This document shows, piece after piece, positions 57,698 to 64,000 of a stretch of DNA of 64,000 nt; the first letter of the stretch is position 1, and each line of letters opens with the position of its first letter. The notes beneath the pieces are model-generated. The model was not told the DNA's origin, searched no databases, and saw nothing but the letters and a program-made list of their open reading frames with translations. The position numbers and the translations under genes are program-made. Source of the stretch: Candidatus Saccharimonadota bacterium (lineage in GTDB: Bacteria > Patescibacteriota > Saccharimonadia > Saccharimonadales > Saccharimonadaceae); contig JAFWNB010000003.1 of assembly GCA_017545505.1 (NCBI GenBank), positions 76,830 to 140,829 of the forward strand. The letters are read 5' to 3'.

Positions 57698-58675
57698 ATG
57701 AAAAATACAGAATTCGATGTCTTCCTGTGGGCGAACGAAATCGACGAAGTCAAAAATAATGTTAGTGCAGAACTATTTTTATTCAATAAAAACTACACCC
57801 CTTACAAAATCAAATATTCTGACAAGCTTACCGGTGCAGTTAAATCTATGTTTATGCAAGAAGCCGTACACTATATCATCGAAGAAGCCGACAAAGGCCT
57901 AGAGTGCCGAGAATACGAAAAAGCTGACGGCGAAGAAAAAGTCATCTATAAAACTTCCCTTTCTAAAGTCGGCCGTGCTGAAACTTTGATTCATCTCATC
58001 GAAAATGAATATAAAGATATCGATTATTTTTCCGAAAACGAATACGACTTCAAAAAAGTCAAAGGTATTATTGCTAAATTCACTTACCCAGGCGAAGAAG
58101 GTATGAAAACTTTCTATATCGCTAAAATTCTACCCGCCTCGAGCGCTTTAAAAGGCACCTCGAGCTGGGAAATCAACGGTGAATCATTCGAACCATTCTC
58201 GGCCGAAATCGCCCTTAAAATGCCAGAAGATAACCAAGTAGCCATCGTTGATGGCAATATTGTCGTCTTTAATCAGGCAAAATTCGAAAATCTCTTCCAA
58301 TACGACTATAAATCCCAAGTTATCGCCGAAGCTAAAGCTAAAGAACTTACCGAAAAATATAAATTATCTTTCTCTGAAGGTCTCACTCTTGATTCCCTTC
58401 TTGCCGACAAAAAACCAATTCTAAAAAAGGTCCAAGCCATGGATATCGCCGAAGAAATGCCCCAAGAAAAACTTCTAGATTACGCCGACGAAATGCAACT
58501 TGAACTTATGACGGATGATGACGGCTCCATTATCATCATGGATGATAAAGATCTCACCATGTTTGTCAACCTCTTAAATGAAGATTATTATATTTCACCA
58601 GTAAATGGCCGAAGATACGAAATTAAATCTAAAAAACTCCTCGGCGAACCAGACGGTGAGCCACCACGCGGATAA
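57698..58675 (+). CDS. DUF4868 / KwaB-like domain protein
   Basis: Pattern ...IVVFNQAKFENLFQY...LFVNLLNEDYYISPVNGRRYE, recalled as DUF4868; not searched. Confidence 0.5.
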   Translation: MKNTEFDVFLWANEIDEVKNNVSAELFLFNKNYTPYKIKYSDKLTGAVKSMFMQEAVHYIIEEADKGLECREYEKADGEEKVIYKTSLSKVGRAETLIHLIENEYKDIDYFSENEYDFKKVKGIIAKFTYPGEEGMKTFYIAKILPASSALKGTSSWEINGESFEPFSAEIALKMPEDNQVAIVDGNIVVFNQAKFENLFQYDYKSQVIAEAKAKELTEKYKLSFSEGLTLDSLLADKKPILKKVQAMDIAEEMPQEKLLDYADEMQLELMTDDDGSIIIMDDKDLTMFVNLLNEDYYISPVNGRRYEIKSKKLLGEPDGEPPRG

Positions 58676-58676
58676 A

Positions 58677-59213
58677 TTAATTATTCATTTCGCTATAGGG
58701 TAAATCGATAAAATTAGATTCACCCAAAGTCTTGAAAGTCTTTTCTAAATCTGACCTTGCTTCAACTACTGAATCATCGGCCGTTATATCTGATTCAATT
58801 TTGGCATAATATCCAGGCAATTTTTCTATTCTATCTAGAAAAATATAATTCCCTTCATCCATCTTTAAATCCTGACGACGACGAGAAACCTCTGTAAGTA
58901 GTTTAAAACCAAGTTGCATAATAATATTAACCACTTTTTCATAATCCGTTACGGCGGTTTCCTCAACTATATCTACACCAGAATCTTCGATATGGCGCTT
59001 CAAAATAAAATAGTATTTTGCGGGCTTATCCACGGAGCGCATCTCCGTCCGCATAATTAATCTAGGCAGGTTCATACCCTTCTTATAACCACGCGGTACA
59101 TAAATACGATCATGTTGCCAATAAATTGGACCAAAATCTAAATCAATGTCACTCAGTTTCTCTTCAAATCGCTCATGTGAAGATAATTTACATTTTACAA
59201 TTACTTTTCTCAT
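58677..59213 (-). CDS. CYTH-domain protein
   Basis: QHDRIY, LILK, VSRRRQ, LDRIEKLPGYYAKIE. Confidence 0.75.
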   Translation of the reverse strand: MRKVIVKCKLSSHERFEEKLSDIDLDFGPIYWQHDRIYVPRGYKKGMNLPRLIMRTEMRSVDKPAKYYFILKRHIEDSGVDIVEETAVTDYEKVVNIIMQLGFKLLTEVSRRRQDLKMDEGNYIFLDRIEKLPGYYAKIESDITADDSVVEARSDLEKTFKTLGESNFIDLPYSEMNN

Positions 59214-59216
59214 GCT

Positions 59217-60836
59217 TTAATTATACCATATGTCAATTATGCGCGCCTCTACCGATCTCACACCATTAAACTCGTTTTCTACTAATTGCACAATAGGCTC
59301 AATTGTGTCGTCATATTCCAAATTTAGCCATTTTTCTGGTGCATAAAATGCCACCAGTTTTATAGCTTTACCGTCTTTCCCTTTTACGTCTAACCGTAAA
59401 TGCTGTCCCTCTGTGCCCATCTTGCGCTTTTCAATAATTTGAACATTCATCAAACGAAAAATTGGTTCCTCATTACCTAAGCCAAAAGGTTCCAAAGATT
59501 TTAATTCTTCCAAAAACTCTAAAATTAACTCACTGATATTTTCAACATCTAAATCTGGCTGTTTTTTCAAAAACCGCTCTTGGTTTTCAAGATTTAAACT
59601 TCGATAATAATCATTGATTCTTTCGCGAAAACTATAAAGGTTCTCTCGTTTCAATTTAACTCCAGCCGCCGCCGCATGTCCACCACCAGTAATAATTAAA
59701 TCATTAACAAAATCTAGCGCCAAAGCAAGATTAAAATCACCGAAACTCCGGCCAGATCCTTTTAAAACTCCATCAGCAGATGTTTCCGCCAACACAAATG
59801 CAGGTTTTTTATATTTATCTACCAATCGTCCAGCTACAATCCCTAGTATACCCTCATGCCAATTACCAACTTCAATTATCACTGGTTCATCAGAAATACC
59901 CCGCGCTTCAATTTCGCGCGTAGCAATATTTTGTTCATTTTTTCTTTTTTTGTTCAATGACTCAAGCTTTTCCGCCAGCTCAGCCGCCTCTGCGCTAGAC
60001 TTAGCGCGAAGCAGTTCCAAAGATATATTAGCAGTATCTAATCTCCCAGCTGCGTTTAATCTCGGTCCAATTTGAAAACCAATCGACTCAGAGTTCAATT
60101 TTTTTACTCCTGCTCTTTGCATCAATTCCCGCAAACCAACACGTTTAGTTTTTTCTAAAACCTTAATTCCGTAGTGCCCTATAATACGATTTTCGCCAGT
60201 AAGCAGCATGCTATCACAAATCGTTCCGATTAAAACTAAATCAAGCAACCATTTTTCTTGCCCCTCACGAATTAAGCCCTCCTTAACCAATGCCTGTGCA
60301 AGCTTAAATGCCACTCCGACCCCAGCCAACTCTCGTAAGTCTTCATCCGAAGAATCATTGCGCTTAGGATTAATCACCGCAATTGAGTCCGGCAAAGAAT
60401 CACCAACTTCGTGATGATCCGTAATGATACTGTCAATCTCAAGATTATTTAGTTCATCTATTATTTGATGATTCCGAGAACCGCAGTCTACTGTAATCAC
60501 TAAATTAATTTTTTGTTTTTTTGCACGCTTCACCAACTCTGAGCTCATACCGTAACCATCGGCAAATCTATCCGGCAACATTATTTCGATTTTCGCAGGT
60601 TCCACACCCGCCATCACTAAAGCTTGTTCCATCACCGTACTAGCCGTTACTCCATCAACATCATAATCACCATATATCAAAATCTTCTCTCCATCGTTAA
60701 TGGCTTTTTCTATTCTCTCTACTGCCTTTTTCATGTCCGGCAATATAAACGGATCTTTTAAATCTTCATAGCGCGGATTTAAAAATAGAGTAGAAAACCC
60801 ACGTTTTTCTACTAATCGTTCAAATAACTTACTCAA
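59217..60836 (-). CDS. recJ: Single-stranded DNA exonuclease RecJ
   Basis: YGDYDVDG, DRFADGYG, TVDCG, TDHH, PRLNAAGR, GSGRS, GGH..AAG. Confidence 0.96.
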   Translation of the reverse strand: MSKLFERLVEKRGFSTLFLNPRYEDLKDPFILPDMKKAVERIEKAINDGEKILIYGDYDVDGVTASTVMEQALVMAGVEPAKIEIMLPDRFADGYGMSSELVKRAKKQKINLVITVDCGSRNHQIIDELNNLEIDSIITDHHEVGDSLPDSIAVINPKRNDSSDEDLRELAGVGVAFKLAQALVKEGLIREGQEKWLLDLVLIGTICDSMLLTGENRIIGHYGIKVLEKTKRVGLRELMQRAGVKKLNSESIGFQIGPRLNAAGRLDTANISLELLRAKSSAEAAELAEKLESLNKKRKNEQNIATREIEARGISDEPVIIEVGNWHEGILGIVAGRLVDKYKKPAFVLAETSADGVLKGSGRSFGDFNLALALDFVNDLIITGGGHAAAAGVKLKRENLYSFRERINDYYRSLNLENQERFLKKQPDLDVENISELILEFLEELKSLEPFGLGNEEPIFRLMNVQIIEKRKMGTEGQHLRLDVKGKDGKAIKLVAFYAPEKWLNLEYDDTIEPIVQLVENEFNGVRSVEARIIDIWYN

Positions 60837-60856
60837 TTTTACCTCTGTTTAATAAC

Positions 60857-61147
60857 TTATCCGATAGTCTTATTTGGCTTATTGCCTCTTTGACTTTTTA
60901 TTACAATACTCTGGAGCTCTTTTAAAATTGGAAATTGTTTATTCGTCTGATAAATTTTAGTTTTCCCCTTTTTTGTAACAACCAAAAAATTGCCCTCCGC
61001 CATTCGGTTCAATTCCCTTTGGATATTGCCCGGATCCTCTTTGATTAGTTTAGCTAATCCTCTAACATGTGTTTTAAAATCTGGATACTTAGCAAAAACC
61101 ACCAGTATTTTACGACGCACTCTAGAAGTTACAAATATATCTAACAT
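60857..61147 (-). CDS. Winged-HTH transcriptional regulator
   Basis: HVRGLAKLIKEDPGNIQRELNRM helix-turn-helix and wing. Confidence 0.7.
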   Translation of the reverse strand: MLDIFVTSRVRRKILVVFAKYPDFKTHVRGLAKLIKEDPGNIQRELNRMAEGNFLVVTKKGKTKIYQTNKQFPILKELQSIVIKSQRGNKPNKTIG

Positions 61148-61294
61148 ATTTCCTCACTTAGCTCATTTCATTATATCATGGACTTTGTAATTTTTACAAC
61201 ACTTTTAGCTAAAAAGGTTATGCTAGATTTTTTCTCGAAATCTGGTATAATTAAGCAAATGTAATTAGGACATAGCACTTTAGGAGGAGAACAA

Positions 61295-61603
61295 ATGACG
61301 AATATGATCATCGATTCATATGGAATCAGCGTAGAATTGTCTATGCATGAGCCCATAGTGATGTCAGAATCGGAAACTCTCAAAAAATTCTTCACCCGAA
61401 GAATAGAAAAAGAAATTGATTGTACTTGGCGCAAAAATTTCGAACGCGCCCGCAATCTAGTAGAGTATGCCGAATCTTGCGGCGGAAAAGTCAAAAAAAT
61501 CAGTAATCATGGTAGCAAAACGACGTTTACATTTGAATTCAACGAGCTTGAAATGCTCTTAAATTTCGCAAGAAGTTTAAGATCATACATAGAAGGAGCT
61601 TAG
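61295..61603 (+). CDS. Hypothetical protein
   Basis: SD aggagg, TGGTATAAT promoter upstream, terminator agcgcccaacta/tagttgggcgct downstream. Confidence 0.65.
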   Translation: MTNMIIDSYGISVELSMHEPIVMSESETLKKFFTRRIEKEIDCTWRKNFERARNLVEYAESCGGKVKKISNHGSKTTFTFEFNELEMLLNFARSLRSYIEGA

Positions 61604-61668
61604 TCTCCGGTTCACCCCCCTTAGCGCCCAACTAATAGTTGGGCGCTCTTTTGTTGTATAATAGAGAC

Positions 61669-63600
61669 ATGTTTTACGAGGTTGTACCAGTAGGTAAAAT
61701 TGGTAAGTTAATCTATTTTTCAGATGATTCCCTATTACCCGGCCAAATCGTTTTAGTAACACTCGGCAAAAGAACGCTTCCGGCCATAGTTTTTAAAAAA
61801 GTTGCACAACCAAGTTTTGAATGCAAAAAGATTTTACAAGTTTTGTATTCAAAACCAATTCCGACCCACTTGCTAAAAACAATAGAATTCTTCAATAAGT
61901 ATTATTTAACATCGTCCGGCGCAGCAGCATCCCTGATACTCCCTAAAGGCGTCGAAAAGCATCGAAGAAAAACCGAACATTTGTTCGGTAAAATAAATAA
62001 ATCCAGTAAAGATTCGCTAACACCGCCTATTCCACTCAACCCCCACCAAAAAAATGCTCTAATTGCCCTCCAAGAGGCCCCAGGAGCCACGAAACTCCTT
62101 CATGGCGTTACTGGTAGTGGTAAAACTAATATATATCTCAAAATGGCCGAAAATGCCCTTAAACAACAAAAGTCTATTATCGTCCTCGTACCAGAAATTG
62201 CCTTAACTAGCCAGCTTATCCAAGTTTTTAATCAATTCTTTAAAGACAGCATCACTCTTATTCACTCCAAACAAACCGAAGCAGAGCGCCATATAATCTT
62301 TAATTCTCTTTTAGAATCAGACTCTCCTAAAATAATTATTGGCCCTCGTTCCGCCCTTTTTGCGCCCCTAAATAATATCGGACTCATCATCATAGACGAG
62401 GAACACGACTATGCCTATTATCAAGAAAACAGCCCCAGATATTCAACCGTTCGTATAGCAAGCTTTATAGCCAAAACCCTTAATATACCCCTAATATTGG
62501 GTTCAGCCACACCAACAATAGAAGATTATTATTTAGCAAAACAGCATAATTCCCTCATAACACTTAATCAAAAAGCTAAATCTGCAAAAAAACCAATAAT
62601 CAATGTGATTGACCTAAAAAATCGCGACAATTTCACCAGAAATCATTACTTCTCAAATTCACTCTTAGAAAGCATCTCGGATAATCTTAAAAACCATCAG
62701 CAGACTTTAATATTTCACAATCGTCGCGGTTCAAGCCCTCTTACCATTTGTGAACACTGCGGCACCGAAATAGTTTGTCCAAATTGTTTTCTTCCCCTTA
62801 CTCTCCATGCTGATCAATACGAGCTTGTCTGTCATACCTGTAATCATCACGAAAAAGTCCCCACCAACTGCCCGAATTGTCACCAAATTGGAATGATTCA
62901 TAAAGGATTTGGCACTAAGCTCCTCGAGACGGAATTGAAAAAACTCTTCCCTCAAGCCAAAATTGCCCGTTTTGACGCAGATAATAAAAAAACTGAAAGC
63001 CTAGAGGCTATTTACGATGTAGTAAAAGACGGCAAAATAGACATATTAGTTGGCACCCAAACCCTAGCAAAAGGATTAGATCTGCCAAAACTCGCTACCG
63101 TTGGTATCGTACAAGCTGACGCCGGTCTGTCGCTTCCTGATTACAGCGCCGAAGAGCGTACTTTTCAGCTTCTTACCCAAGTTATCGGAAGAGTCGGACG
63201 CGGTCACATCACCAATACTAATGTTTTTATTCAAACTTACCGCCCTGAACACCAGATCATTAAATACGCAGTCGAAGAAAATTACCTAGAATTCTATAAT
63301 TACATTATTTCTGAGCGTAAAAAATCCGGCTTCCCACCTTTTAGATTCATCGCCAAATTAGAAATTACTCTAAAAACCGAATCTCTAGCTCTAAAAAAAG
63401 TCCGTAGTACCATAGCAGAGCTTACCAAAACCCAAAATCTTGTTGTTTCCCCTCCTATACCAACTTTCCACGAACGCACCATTCATGGTTACACTTGGCA
63501 AATCATTATTCGTGCCAAATCTCGTACCGCTCTATTAAAAACCTGTCAAAACTTGGACCCAAATTTCAAAATAATCCTCGACCCTCCTTCTTTGCTATAA
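61669..63600 (+). CDS. priA: Primosomal protein N' (PriA)
   Basis: LLHGVTGSGKT, IIDEEHD, GSATP, CxxC zinc motifs, VGTQ.LAKGLD, QVIGRVGR. Confidence 0.95.
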   Translation: MFYEVVPVGKIGKLIYFSDDSLLPGQIVLVTLGKRTLPAIVFKKVAQPSFECKKILQVLYSKPIPTHLLKTIEFFNKYYLTSSGAAASLILPKGVEKHRRKTEHLFGKINKSSKDSLTPPIPLNPHQKNALIALQEAPGATKLLHGVTGSGKTNIYLKMAENALKQQKSIIVLVPEIALTSQLIQVFNQFFKDSITLIHSKQTEAERHIIFNSLLESDSPKIIIGPRSALFAPLNNIGLIIIDEEHDYAYYQENSPRYSTVRIASFIAKTLNIPLILGSATPTIEDYYLAKQHNSLITLNQKAKSAKKPIINVIDLKNRDNFTRNHYFSNSLLESISDNLKNHQQTLIFHNRRGSSPLTICEHCGTEIVCPNCFLPLTLHADQYELVCHTCNHHEKVPTNCPNCHQIGMIHKGFGTKLLETELKKLFPQAKIARFDADNKKTESLEAIYDVVKDGKIDILVGTQTLAKGLDLPKLATVGIVQADAGLSLPDYSAEERTFQLLTQVIGRVGRGHITNTNVFIQTYRPEHQIIKYAVEENYLEFYNYIISERKKSGFPPFRFIAKLEITLKTESLALKKVRSTIAELTKTQNLVVSPPIPTFHERTIHGYTWQIIIRAKSRTALLKTCQNLDPNFKIILDPPSLL

Positions 63601-63643
63601 AAATTTCTTGTGTTAAAATAGGCATAAGCAACAAGGAGTATTT

Positions 63644-64000
63644 ATGTGTACAGGCATAAGATTTAACGATAATCAAGGTAATATGTATTTTGGTAGAAAT
63701 CTAGATTGGTCAACTGGATATGGGCAAAAAGTTATTATTACCCCACGCGGTTATAAATACCAAACGGCCTTTTTAGGCGAAAACATAAACTCGCCAGCCG
63801 TTATCGGAATGGGTATCATAGCAGAAAACGTTCCCCTGTATTTTGATTGTGCCAATGAATACGGGCTAGCTGTCGCAGGTTTAAATTTCCCCAGTTACGC
63901 CAAATACGAGTCAGAAGCCAAGGAAAACAAAATTAATATTGCGGCTTACGAATTTCCTACGTGGGTTGCTCTTAATTTCGCCTCTGTTGATGATGCCGAA
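63644..64000 (+). CDS. Choloylglycine hydrolase / bile salt hydrolase (Ntn hydrolase); runs off the right edge
   Basis: Not in the ORF track. MCTGIRFNDNQGNMYFGRNLDW...PLYFDCANEYGLAVAGLNFP...YEFPTWV; catalytic Cys2; SD aaggag. Confidence 0.88.
   Translation, partial: MCTGIRFNDNQGNMYFGRNLDWSTGYGQKVIITPRGYKYQTAFLGENINSPAVIGMGIIAENVPLYFDCANEYGLAVAGLNFPSYAKYESEAKENKINIAAYEFPTWVALNFASVDDAE

Noticed and set aside
2494-63482. Numerous short antisense or overlapping ORFs in the track (e.g. 2494-3003, 20275-20649, 34726-35139, 53856-54299)
   Set aside because: They lie inside well-supported genes, lack start signals and show no recognisable motifs.

Overview
AT-rich bacterial chromosome segment, most likely a gut/rumen-type Saccharibacteria (TM7, Patescibacteria/CPR). 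This assignment is inferred from the gene repertoire: sortase, PEGA, DUF3048, FISUMP surface protein, CPR-type TraG/VirD4-like ATPase and a reduced dcw cluster. The backbone is housekeeping: tuf, rpsJ, dnaE, smpB, xth, metK with a SAM-I riboswitch, gltX, der, pth, dprA, topA, rsmH-ftsL-ftsI-mraY-ftsW-murG-ftsQ, recJ, priA, tRNA-Leu(CAA) and tRNA-Glu(CUC). The most unusual signals are non-coding. (1) An island between dnaE and smpB (15.7-19.4 kb) holds two cassettes, each with the same ~95-bp promoter block, an unrelated small SD-led ORF, a homologous covarying structured RNA of ~250-350 nt and a terminator. One cargo ORF is a 4x PPPLPP(R/K)R peptide. A sigma4/alpha-CTD fusion gene lies between the cassettes. 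(2) A four-member palindromic repeat family has two copies inserted in frame in metK and der. (3) Further orphan structured-RNA candidates lie at 39.7, 49.4, 56.0 and 57.2 kb. (4) tRNA 3'-end duplications, a one-strand CCCCTGT cluster, a leader motif shared by two surface-protein genes and widespread TATAAT-N6-ATG leaderless starts also occur. A Bifidobacterium-like bile salt hydrolase gene begins at the right edge. All calls were made by eye from the sequence; no database searches were run.
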